From: Tubulanus polymorphus
Taxonomy: Eukaryota; Animalia; Nemertea
Direction: 5' to 3'
NCBI RefSeq assembly: GCF_964204645.1
Contig: NC_134025.1
Coordinates: forward strand, 6,882,001 to 6,946,000
Length of the DNA: 64,000 nt
Part shown: piece by piece, positions 1 to 12,088 of the stretch
Layout: each line of letters opens with the position of its first letter
Position numbering within the stretch: the first letter of the stretch is position 1
The notes under the pieces: model-generated
The model's database searches: none
The model's input: the letters and a program-made list of their open reading frames with translations, nothing else
Told to the model about the DNA's origin: nothing
Translations under genes and position numbers: made by a program

Positions 1-2138
1 AAAGAAATTCAGTATATACATATATATATATATATATATATGTATGTATATAACGCATTCAGAATACCGGGCAAAACTGCTCCTGTGCGGCGGGGAAAGC
101 TTAGGTCTTGTATTACATTACATTGTTAATAAGTAATGATGCTTCACACTTGAATTCCCAAGATGTCGTTGCTGTTTTTTCTTGTGCCTTGATACAAAAT
201 ATACTAATAACTGGGCCGAAACTATTTGTAATTTACCATAATTTGACAAGAGAATCCGTGTTATATTCAATATATAAATGATATATTTTGTGATGTTTAT
301 GTTGAATTCTTTTATTCATCGAAAGTTTATGATGTTGCGATTCTCATAATTAAGCTTGAAGAGAAAGGGTTATCACTTTATTTGTTAAGAGATTTATTTT
401 TCTGCTGTTATTTTTCGCATATTTTTCTGTTAGCTACAAGTAGTATATATATCATATCATATAGTTAATCGATTGTTTTTTCGTGAAGAATTATCATCGA
501 GCCTCACTATTATATTGCGGCTGACTCTAAATTCTAAAACTGTACTGAGTTATGCGGATGGAGGAGTCTGCTGACGTAGATTAAAACTGGGCACTGTTGT
601 ATGTTTGCGATTAATCATTTGCTTGTTTAAAAACCAATACACATCCACGACCCGTAGCATCAGTTACTGACGATCGTGAATCGAATAAAACTGTATTAGC
701 CTTGAAAACGAGCATAAAAAAGCCTTCTTGTTTTATAGCTCGAGTAGTGAACTGTTTTATTGTCGCGATGTTGGTTATTAGTGCCTGATTAATTTGAAAA
801 CCGACCCAGTCTGCCGTGCCTGTTCACAGAGAAAGAAGGAACAAATCTATTGTTGGATGCAATGGTTTGTTGGTTGTATCACAAACAGCCATCGTAGGAT
901 GATAGATGCTGAAACTAGATGGATTACGCTATGATATCGGAGCACTGTAGGTTTTAGATTGCTTCAGGAGATAGCTTTATTCGCTTTCTATGTGAAGGGA
1001 TTCAAAAACGCTCGGCATTAATTGATAAAATGGTTCGAAAAAATGCAGTTTTTTAGGCCATCATAGCGATAGTTTAAGATCTGTATAAATTCTATTGAAT
1101 TTGAGTGTAATGATGATTATTACGGTAATTTTCTACAAATTTTGTACGTTTTTCATTTTAGTTACACTCACAAATTTTTCTGTTTCACTTGACAATCTTG
1201 CGACCAATAAACTTTCAGGTCATATGAAACATCGTTCATTGTTATTTGGTGTGGTGAGTCTGCTGTAACTGAGGGCTGGAATCAATCTGCGACCAACGAT
1301 GAAGAAATTGACATCGCCATCTCCTGATTAGAACTATAAAAATCCTAGCGTCACATACGAAAAACGTATATAAAACAACCATGTCCGTGTTCTAGATTCG
1401 AACCTACTCCACTTGAGAGGATAGAAATTTTGTTTATCGATATTGATTCTAAATGTTCAATAAAAATACATACATTCATAAATTCAAAACTCGTGAATAA
1501 TTGGAGCAGGCAATGTGATGATTTGGCCCGAGGTCGACGAACGAAAAGAAACGACTGTAATTTATTGTAGATGGTTGTTATTGATCAGAAAAACACAGTC
1601 GTCTCGCGAAGGTAATGATGTCGCGTCAGATAAAATATTTAGGTTGCTTAGTTGTACCACATCTACAAGAGATTACAATATATTCTTAATTCACAGATAT
1701 ATTGGAAGTATTTTGAGCGTCTCGCTTTTCGTCGGGTTTTTTCATTTTTTCTATGTTGTTTAAACGCATTTCATTGCTTATCCCCCCAAAACACAACGCA
1801 GTATAAACGACGGATTTACAACTACTGCTTACCTTGTTTTCAGCCACAGATGTACAACGTTGGTTTCATATTTCCGAACGACAAAATATATGATTCAGAA
1901 TTGATGCATTTTATCGTGTCTAATATAATGCATTTTATGTATCATCAAAATTATCTAAAATAGCCGTATAGTAGGGATAATTATTTCCCAAGCAAAATCA
2001 TTTCGAATGATCAATGTCTGCAGATCCTGGACGATTGCTTTTAGAAATCTAGTATATACGGGGATAACGCAATTTCTACTGAAAGTTATTTCAAGTCATC
2101 CATGTGGAATTTTTAAGTTGATAAGTGCACAATGATGT

Positions 2139-4918
2139 CTAGGCATCCCTTTCATTGATTGTTATCCATATTTCGTCTTTGGGACGAGATATCAAAGCAT
2201 AACTAGGTACAACGTCCTGTCCATCAACCAGGTGTATTTTGAATTGGCGTACGAATCTTGCCAAATACACGTACGCCTCAGCATATGCGAACCTGTATCC
2301 CGGACATTTTCTCTTACCAGCGAATCCAAACGGTTCAAATGCGTGCGGCGGACGAGTTTTAACTTGTTCTTTTGAGAACCTTTCCGGATCAAATCTGAAA
2401 ATTTCATGTATAAATCATACGACACGAAAATCTGACGTTCATGTCGAGTCAGCGTCAGAAATACAGAACTTTCATGTCACTTTTTTATACCAAGAAGCTT
2501 CATAATACATGCTTACTTGCGCGGTTCCGGGTATAACTTCTTATCGTAGGACAGGGCACTCAATGCCTGGAGTACTGGTGTCTGTAAAGTAACCGAAGAC
2601 AGAGTCGTGATTTATTTATTATCATAAATGCTAATTTCCCAATCTGTCGGTCAAAGATAAGTGAAGACTATCTCTTAATGATTTTTGTATGTTCATCTAT
2701 AAGGATATAATGCCCATACCCCTTTCGGTATGATATATCCATCCAGTACAGCATCTTCATCTCTGTATCGTGCAGCAATTGTACCGATCGCGCTACACCT
2801 CATAGTTTCATCAACGATTTGCTTCAAATACCTGATTGGAAAATTATACAAACAGATACATACACGTTTAAACATGAAGATCTTTGAGGAAACGAAAACA
2901 ACGAAATTAAAGATAGGAATGTATTTGGGGTATATATACTTAACGGCATATCTTGAGTATGCGCAGCTGAAACATCTTCACCTTTATCTAATAGTTCGGA
3001 CAATTCCGTGTACAGTTTTTCCTGTACATCCTCATGTGATGCCAGATAGTAGAGCGCCCAAGCCATTACTAGAATCATGTGTAATGAGTTTTACTATTTT
3101 TTTGCTTTATTCTTACATTAACTACTAAATCGAAAAAAAAATTCAGTAATGAATCTACTTACAATTGCCAGTATTGTGAAACCCTCCAACTACGTACAGC
3201 AATGCATCTGAATGAATTGTCTCATCGTCATAATCCGTATCCAAGAAGACGTCAATTAGTAGACGGTCTCCAGAGGGAGGATTATTACGACGATGCTCGA
3301 TGACGTCACTGATTGTCGAGTTCAGGTCATTCAGGGCTACACGGTATAACAAAGCAATAATGAATATTTAATCATTCGCCAATCATTGACTAACTTAGAG
3401 GGAAATCGTGTTACCTGATTTGTAAATTTTCTCTTCGGGACTGCCTGGTTTTACTGTATTGTCTAGCAAAGTATTTTCAATCTCTGCCCAGCACTATGTA
3501 ACAGAATTAGGTTGGTATTGAAGCTAGTTGAATGCAATGTTGGATAACGTAAATACAATATACACTTACAATATTATAATTATTACAGAATTTGTTCAAT
3601 GTCTCTTCATCTTTGAAATGATCTCCAAAACTTGCCAGAGAAATGGTTTTCAAGGCAAGTGCCATCATGTATTTATTCAGCGGAATATGTTCCTGGTCAT
3701 TGGCCATTTTCATCCATTTGTTGACCCATTCTTGTCCTAACTATTCATCAAATACATTTTTTAACTATTCATCAAATACATTTATGATACGTAATGTATG
3801 AGAAAGTAGGATGGGAGATTATCATTTTGAAATGAAAATGGGTCTTTGAAGAAAATGACACTAACTTCATTGAAGAGTGAATACAGCGCTTTTATCTCTT
3901 TGTAACCGTAACATCGATCGTAAAGTTTCCTCCTTCGTCGTCCCTCTTGACCATTAGTAAATTGTAAACATTTTGGGCCCAACAATGGTTCCAACATTCC
4001 TTTGAAAAGTGCCTCTGTAAAAATTTTTCGCATCAAGATTTTTGGCGCAACGTAATTACATATACACATTGGGAAAAATCACCAAAGGAAAGAAATTTCC
4101 ATATTATCAGGGATCACGAAATGAGAAAATGAACCAAGATTATGATAAGATTACGTATGATCACCTGGTCGATCAAATAAAGATTCCTCTTGAGTTAACA
4201 ACTGTGGCGATGCGATGCTGACAACCCATTCTTTGCCAATCCAGAAAGATACGATAGGTCCGTACTTACCGTGAATCTCAGTCATAAACTCGTGAAAGCC
4301 TCCCGCCTTTATAAGATCAGGAATGTTCCCCAAACTGAAAGAAAAATTCCATCACTTTATTTAACCTCTAAAACGTTTTTGAATCCATGATTGAACTCGA
4401 TAAGATCGAAATTTCCTTCATTTTTATGGTTTTCTCAATCTTGAAAAAAATTATCACTCGATTCACTAGGGTTAAAAGTTTAACTTTATAGACACTGAAT
4501 CAAACTATATATAAACTATAAAAGTAGGTCATAACCATTGATATCAGCTAAGAATGACGCCAGTCTTTATGTATCGGCATATAAATATTTTCAAGTTTTA
4601 GGGTTTTAAAAAAAATTTCTAAAGGTATTCATCGATACAACTCTTTATGCAACGATATAACTCTTTTTTTCGGAATATTACTTACTCGAGATCTGACGGT
4701 TCGAAACCTGGGATCTTTCTTTCTTTTTTTCTTATCTAGAAATATTTCGAAATATCTTGCAGTTGGGAACGAACAGATCCAACAATTCGGAATAAGTCCA
4801 TTATCACAGCAAGTAATATGTAATCAAAGTCAAATTGCAGACTTACCTTATAAAGACCACAAAGGAAAATTGCAACAGCACATACAACAAGAAAAGAAAG
4901 TAATATCAAACCAAACAT
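2139..4918 (-). CDS. CYP20: Cytochrome P450 CYP20-family paralog 1 (most divergent copy), 11 coding exons
   Basis: Spliced by eye with GT-AG introns: MFGLILLSFLVVCAVAIFLCGLYK / IPGFEPSD / GNIPDLIKAGGFHEF..YGPIVSFW / I-helix GGFHNTG / ETMR (ExxR) / FDPERF / heme motif FGFAGKRKCPG / ..WITINERDA*. No frameshift found. Confidence 0.9.
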
Positions 4919-5347
4919 CTTGGTTAATTTTCAATGCGCAATGGCAAAACAACGAAGAAATACACATGACTTTAGAACCTGACCTAAATAGCCGCGTTCA
5001 ACCCTGGAATGATGATATCATAACGACTTCTCATTAAAAGCCTATACAGTGTTTGGACTTTGGAAAAAACTTCACTTTCAGTGAAATTCTTGACTGACTG
5101 ACCTGCGACAAACAACTTTCATCAAAATGCGCCATTCTAAAGAAAACGTGGGTTTAAAGATACATGTGTATATTTCATGATTTTAAGATACATTCCTTTA
5201 AAAACTTATATTTTCTAGCATCATAATCTTATACGTTGTGGACAATATTACATACACATCATTCCATTCCGTTATTGCTCATGGTGTAATGCATTTTATA
5301 TGTTACAAAGTTTACAGTTCTGATCTCTATAGCTTTTAGAGACTTAT

Positions 5348-7732
5348 CTATTCCTTTCTTTCAGAGATAGTAATGTTTATGTCCTTATCGGGATGGGTAA
5401 CCAGACCATAAACCGGCCGAATTATTTGGCCAGGTACTATTTTCAATTCGAATTTTCGAACAATTCGTGCAAGGAAAACGTAACTTTCATAATTTGAAAA
5501 TCTGTATCCTAGACATTTCCTCTTTCCAGCGAATCCAAACGGTTCAAAGGCGTGTGGTGGACGAGTCTTAACTTGTTCTTTCGAAAACCTATCTGGATCG
5601 AATCTGGAATAGTTAAAATAGTTAAAATATCTAATCGTTGAGTCAGAATTCTTATTCACTCTAGCAATGTGGTACAATAAATTAGGCAGTGCCTTACTTG
5701 TGCGGCTGTGGATATAACTTTTCATCTTGAAAGCAAACACCGAATGCTTGAATGACTGATGTCTAAAATAGAATCTATACAAATATTAGAAAAAAAAATT
5801 AAGTCTATTCATGAAGGCCTATGATTAAATCTGTGAATGTATTATTTCATTCAATAGAATCACTGAGAATGAACGCGTACCCCTTTAGGTATGAGATATC
5901 CACCTAGGTAAATGTCACTATACTTATCATACCGAGCAGCCCAAGGGGCCACTGCAGAATAGCGAAGAGTTTCATTAACAACTTGTTGCAAATATCTGAA
6001 AATAATACTTTCTAAATATAGATAAATATTCGCTATTTGAGGAAAGTTTCGATTAAGTTTGATGCACAGTATACTCACGGCATTTGTGCAATCATGTCGG
6101 GTGTCATAACTTCATCTTTGTCAAATGTTTTTGAGACTTCATTCAAAAGTCTGTCTTGCACTTCGGTATGTATTGCCAGATAATACAATGCCCATGTCAT
6201 CACTACAAAGTTAATCGATATCAGTATCATCCTTTCCGTAATCCAATTAACTTAGACTAAACTATAAGATCTACCCACTGAATCCAGTCGTATGAAATCC
6301 ACCGATTAGCAATGTCATTGCATCGCCTGCAATCGATTCCTCATCTCCATCGTTTGCTTCGAGTATCGCATCAATAAGGCGCCATTTGTCATCCGTAGGT
6401 GAGTTCTTGCGACGATTCGCAATTATTTCGTGAATCACTGATTTCAAGTTTTTGAGAGCTGTAAAATATTAACATTGTTTACGGTGCTGATCTTATTGTC
6501 GGTATAAAGCCAACCTCGACTAAATCACCTAACTTATAGCGTTTCTCTTCGGGACTTCCAGGTTTCGATGGTGTTGCAGATATGACATTCTCCATTTCAG
6601 TCCAGCACTAAAAAATATAAAATTCAAACCATGCCCCGAGAACAAGATTATAAAAGATTATTAAAAAGTAACTTACAATATCATAGTTATTTTTGAAGGT
6701 AGTTATTGATTTCTGATCACTGAAATAATCTCCGAAATTGCATCTAGTAACGGATTTCAGAACAATTAGCGCCATGTGATCTGCGACATTAATATGCTGT
6801 CCATCAGCTAATGTGGTCCATTCATCAATCATTTCCTGGACTATCTGCAAGCACAAATAACTGGAGTCAGTGAGTCTCACAAAATGCTCCGGTTTGGGAC
6901 ATTTTTGGCCAGCATGAATGTACTTCTTTATTTGAATGAAAACATTTATTCATTTACATTTAAGGAAACTCACCGTGTTGAATACGGGGTAGAATTGATT
7001 GACCTCCTCATGGCTTAAACACGGGTCATAGAATCTTTTCCGACGGCGTGTCTCATCGCCATCCGATACATGCATGGATGTCGATCCCATCAAAGGCTCA
7101 AACAAACCGTACAGGTCAGCTGTAAAACATCAACACACATTCTTTTTGTAGATTGTTGTGAATCAACGTGTGGAATCGAACCACCTGAGAAATACTTACG
7201 CGGATGATCATAGGAAGACGAGTGTTCAGAGAATAATTCGGGAGATGATATGCTAACGGTCATCTTTTCTCCCATCCAGAAAGATATGATTGGTCCATAC
7301 GTTTTGTGTCTTTCTAGCAGAAATTCATGGAGACTCCCGGCTTTTTTTATGTCGGATAAATTTCCTTCTCTGAAAAAAGTATGAGATCTATGAAAGTTCA
7401 CGTTCAAGTTCAAGTTTCTTATGTCTGGCTTGTCATATTAGGGTTAGGGTCTACTTACTTTCGATCTGATGGCTCCACACCTGGTATATGTGTACATTTC
7501 TTTTGTTTCTGAAAAATACGTATATACGTTATATACGCTATACCGTACCTGGTACATGGAGCTTATGGCATTAGTATTAATCAGCAATCGACTCATTTGA
7601 TATAATGAAAAAAAACTTCTATTTGATGGAATGAGTAAATTAGACAGAAATACTTACATAGCTTAGCCGTATGATAAACATGATCAGTACAGCAACCAAG
7701 GTCGTCGCTACAATCACTGTCAAATCCAACAT
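5348..7732 (-). CDS. CYP20: Cytochrome P450 CYP20-family paralog 2, 11 coding exons
   Basis: MLDLTVIVATTLVAVLIMFIIRLSY N-terminal anchor; EGNLSDIKKAGSLHEFL; GGFHTTG; ETLR; FDPDRF; FGFAGKRKCLG; same intron positions as the neighbouring copies. Confidence 0.92.
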
Positions 7733-7994
7733 GATACCTGATACTGGACTGAAACTTAGCTCTATTTCGAGGCGATATAATCGTGAACTTGGTATTCACA
7801 TCGGCCTATACATACTGCCTATACTGCCGACTGTCATATGCTAATCAACCCACTAACTATTAGCTGAAAACAGGCTCGCAGAAGTTAGATTAAAAAAGTC
7901 ATCCAGGAATGCGGAACAGAAATTCCGCCTTACGTGTCGCTATATTTATTGAGCGGGTGGAGGTTAGTTTATGTAAATAAAGTTTGATTAGTTT

Positions 7995-8455
7995 CACGCG
8001 GATCCAGGGCCATTCAGTGACTACGGCACAGTGGAAAAAGGGCACCACTTTTGAAAAGGGCCAGTATTAAATCCTAGCGAGCGAGTTTGAATTTGAGTGC
8101 CGTTTATTGGTATCATGCCACTGAATTTGCCTTCACATTCAATTTGCTTGTGCTTTTTTTTTATTAGCACAATTTGCCCTTTTTCGATTAAACTTATAGA
8201 GCAACAATAATGTCTCCTTTAGAATAGTGCCCTTTTGAGTAGGGCCGAGTACCTAATATTGCCTTTTTTATTTTGGGCAATTTATTTTCATTCACATTTT
8301 GCTTTAGGTCTTGTACAGAAAGGCATTCCTTTCTTATGGCTCGCAAATTGTATGTTCCTTTATTTACTTTTTTCCGAAACAAAAATTTTTCAAGGGCATT
8401 TGAAAACTGCGACTACCGCACGTGCTGCATGTGCGACAGTCTGGATCCGCGCCTG
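7995..8455. mobile_element. MITE-like non-autonomous DNA transposon relic
   Basis: Terminal inverted match gcggatccag (left, ~7998) / ctggatccgc(gcctg) (right, 8441-8455); internal AAGGGC/GCCCTT repeats; no ORF. Confidence 0.55.
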
Positions 8456-8721
8456 TCCCTGGAGATTGATGCAGTAAATTTCGGTGATCATTGCAGAAGA
8501 TTTACTCCATCGGACTATATTTATGATACATGTAAAGGTGGTGAAAATGGTGTGTGGTATACGGCAAGAGAAACAGAAAGTTTTGAAGGGGTTTTGACCA
8601 ACACTTTACGATAAAAAAGAATTGAAAATCTTTATGTGAAAATAACAACAAAAAGAGTTATTTCTCTACATTTATTCCTTTCTTTTACAAATTAATCTAG
8701 ATTTCCTCGTCAAAACGATAT

Positions 8722-11387
8722 CTAAACCATTCTTTCAGAAATGGTAATCCAAATCTCCTTATCGGGATGGGTCACCAGACCATAGACTGGAGTGATAACT
8801 TGTTCAGGAACCATCTTTATCTCAAAGTGCCTGATAATTCGTGCAATAAAGATATAGCTTTCATTTTGTGCGAATCTGTATCCGGGACATTTTCTCTTTC
8901 CAGCGAATCCAAACGGTTCAAATGCGTGCGGTGGATGAGTTTTAACATTTTCCTTCGAGAACCTCTCCGGATCGAATCTGAAAGTCGTTGATTATAAGAA
9001 AAAGATGAACGGGAATGAAACACTCTCATATATCAATGGACTCTAAGAAGCCCATGACATAACCAACCATACTTACTTGTGAGGTAGTGGATATATGTTT
9101 TCATCACGGAAACAAACTCCTAATGCGTGAATCACCGGTGTCTACATGTAATAGAAAGGCATACATTGTCATATCATGTATTACGTCTTTAATCCCAAAA
9201 AAACGTTGAACAATCCTCACTTCTTTCCTTATTTGATATCCACATAACGTGCTGTCTGCGTTCAAATTGACACGGGCAGCCCAAGGGGCCACAACAGCGC
9301 AACGCAAGGTTTCATCAAAGACTTGTTTTAAGTATCTAAAATTATTGATACAGTATTAATCCGAATATAAAGAGAATAATGATATTGATGGTTAGCCACA
9401 ACTCACGGTATCCGTTCAATCATATCAGGAGTCATGTCTTCATTTTTATCCAACGTTTTTGACAATTCTGTAAAAAGTTTATCTTGTACATCGGTATGCA
9501 TCGCCAGAAAATACAGTGCCCACGTCATCGCTTAAAAAGAGAACTTATTGGTTTCAACTTTGTTACTCTGCTTTGTATCAAGCCAAGCTCGAAATTAATC
9601 GGGCACGTTATAGTGTTCCAATGCAATTTAACGCAAGGAAAGTAGTAATGACCACTCACAGTAAGCGCTCGTGTGATATCCGCCAATCATGAATGTCAAA
9701 GCATCGCAAGCAACCAGCTGATCGTCATCAAAATCAAGTATGAAATCAATGAGCAGTTGTCTTCCATTAGTAAACGGGTTGTTACGACGATGTTTTATTA
9801 TATCTGTAATCACTGATTTCAAATGCCCAAGAGCTGTAAGAAAACAGTAAAGAGACGAGTAATTTCATTGAATTACATCGGATAACAATCGCATCGTTAG
9901 TACCTACCTGATTTATAGCATTTTTCCTCAGCGCTTCCTGGTTTGGATGCATTAGCAGAAATTTTATTTTCCGCTTCGGCCCAGACCTATAAGTATGAAA
10001 GTAGAGACTAGCAGATGGATAAACAAATGTATCTAAACAGATGGCTGCGAGACTTACAAGTAAAACTTACAATATCATAGGATTTTCCAAATGAGTCTAT
10101 TGCATCATCGTTATTAAAATAATCTCCAAAACTCCCTTTAGCAATCGATTTCAAAGCTATTTCAGTCATATAATGCCCGACAGGAATATGCTGACCATCA
10201 GTCATTGACGACCATTTGTTAATCAATTCTTCGACTATCTGCAAACAGAATCTCAGACATTAGCTGCTGTAGCAGCTATCCTCCGCTGTGTATGAGAAAA
10301 CCGGAACATAATATAAACCTTGGGCATAGAAGAAAAAATATTCAAATACATATTATATCTAACCAAATATACACATGTATATCGAGAATTGGTGACAGTA
10401 AACAGTTCAAATCTTATCGATGAAGAAACCATGAATCCAAAACGAATGGAAAGGACTTACTTTATTGAACAATGGGTATAAAGTGACCACTTCGTGATGA
10501 CTGTAATGGCGATCGTAAAGCTTTCTCCGCAGACGACCATCCACGCCATTGGCATACTGTATCGACTTCGCGCCAAATAGTGGTTCTCCGAATTTGAACA
10601 GTTCGGCTGCATGAAAATATTTCATTCGGCGTTAAATAGTAAATATGCCTGTTCTGGTCAGTTTCATTTCGATTTCAGATATCTTACGTGGTCGATCAAA
10701 CAGGGCTTTCTGTTCAGTAAATAGTTCTGGAGATGATATACTGACAGTCATCTTTTCTCCCATCCAGAAAGATATGATTGGTCCATGATTTCTGTGTGCC
10801 TCTAGCAAAAATTCATGGAGACTTCCGGCTTTTCTTATATCAGGTAAATTCCCTTCCCTGAAAAAGAATGAAATCAATGAAACCCTTTTCAAGTTCACGT
10901 TTCCAAAATCAGACAAATTTCCCTCATAGCGAATGAAATTTATTTTTTGATTTGTTGATACATGTACTAATTCGAAGTAAATTTAGTTCTTTCATTCCAA
11001 AAATTCTAAATATGAGTTTTAAATAGATGCGCTAATGTTACTTACTTTTTGTCTGATGGTTCCAAACCTGGGATGCGTGTACGTTTTTTTTGTTGCTGAA
11101 AATGATATGAAACATGACAAGGCTAGTCGTCAATTCACCCAGTCCTGGAAAAGATTGTTTCCGCAGTGATATCCGTCGCTCTTACGATCCTTGTGTATAC
11201 CCAACCCATCAGACACTATGGTTGTCAGTGAAGTTGCCAAATAAAGGTTCAAAACTGAATCAGGCAGATTAAAACATTATTTGGATTTATTATGTTATTT
11301 GAAATATATACTTACGGAATAAAAGTGGATGATAAAAATGATCGTTACAGCAAAAAATGTCAATAAAGTCACTGTCAAATCCAACAT
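8722..11387 (-). CDS. CYP20: Cytochrome P450 CYP20-family paralog 3, 11 coding exons
   Basis: MLDLTVTLLTFFAVTIIFIIHFYS; EGNLPDIRKAGSLHEFL; GGYHTSA; ETLRCAVVAPWAAR; FDPERF; FGFAGKRKCPG; ends WITISERMV*. Confidence 0.92.
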
Positions 11388-12088
11388 AACGCCTGATGAT
11401 TTTGTCAGATCAACAGTTTTGACGAAACTACAGAACCCTTACTATCGCTGTGATTGACGGGCTCATTTCGACCCAATTATCATTCCCATTATTTCGTTAT
11501 CTTTAATATGCCAGGTCGAAAATATGAAAAGGCCGGAATGTGGAACGAAAAAGTTCAGAAGAGTCATGGGTAATATGATGCGAGAGAGGGTACTGAAAGA
11601 ATTTTGAGTTATGCTCCAAAAGGTTTATGCTCATGAATAGCTTAGAATTACTTAATTGATACAGCGTTGTAGATAGCATTGAAAGAATCGGCTGAAGAGC
11701 GATTATCTATATCTTAATGGCAAAACTTACAACAAAAATATGAATTTCTAGTCGATAGAAATACCTGAAAACATATATTTATTTTGAAATTTATGAATGT
11801 CGTTATATTTCTAATTCATGATATCATTATATCAATATACAATATTTTCTAATCATTATACATTATATCATTATGATATTACTCATATGTCATTAACAAT
11901 AATCAAGAAGAAATATCATGGTACGCAGTAGAGAAATGACAAAAGGATACTCAATTGAATTCCGAAACTGAAAATATGTACTACCGAACACCTCAACCAA
12001 ATACAAGCCCATTTTTGGACTATTCGATTTAGGGTTTAGGCAAGCGCAACACCATGGGCATTTCATTCAACATTACATTTTCTTTGAT

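Noticed and set aside
1080-1325. Exon-like segments with splice signals on the minus strand
   Set aside because: Stops in all frames after splicing; possibly 5' UTR of a gene outside the window, not supportable here.
1533-1735. Imperfect inverted repeat (tgtaatttattgtagatggt / accacatctacaagagattaca)
   Set aside because: Too short and degenerate to call an element or RNA.
11393-11430. CTGATGA..gtca/tgac..GAAAC hammerhead-like string upstream of CYP20 paralog 3
   Set aside because: Four nt rather than one between the core and stem II, and no stem III/UH site or stem I; probably chance.
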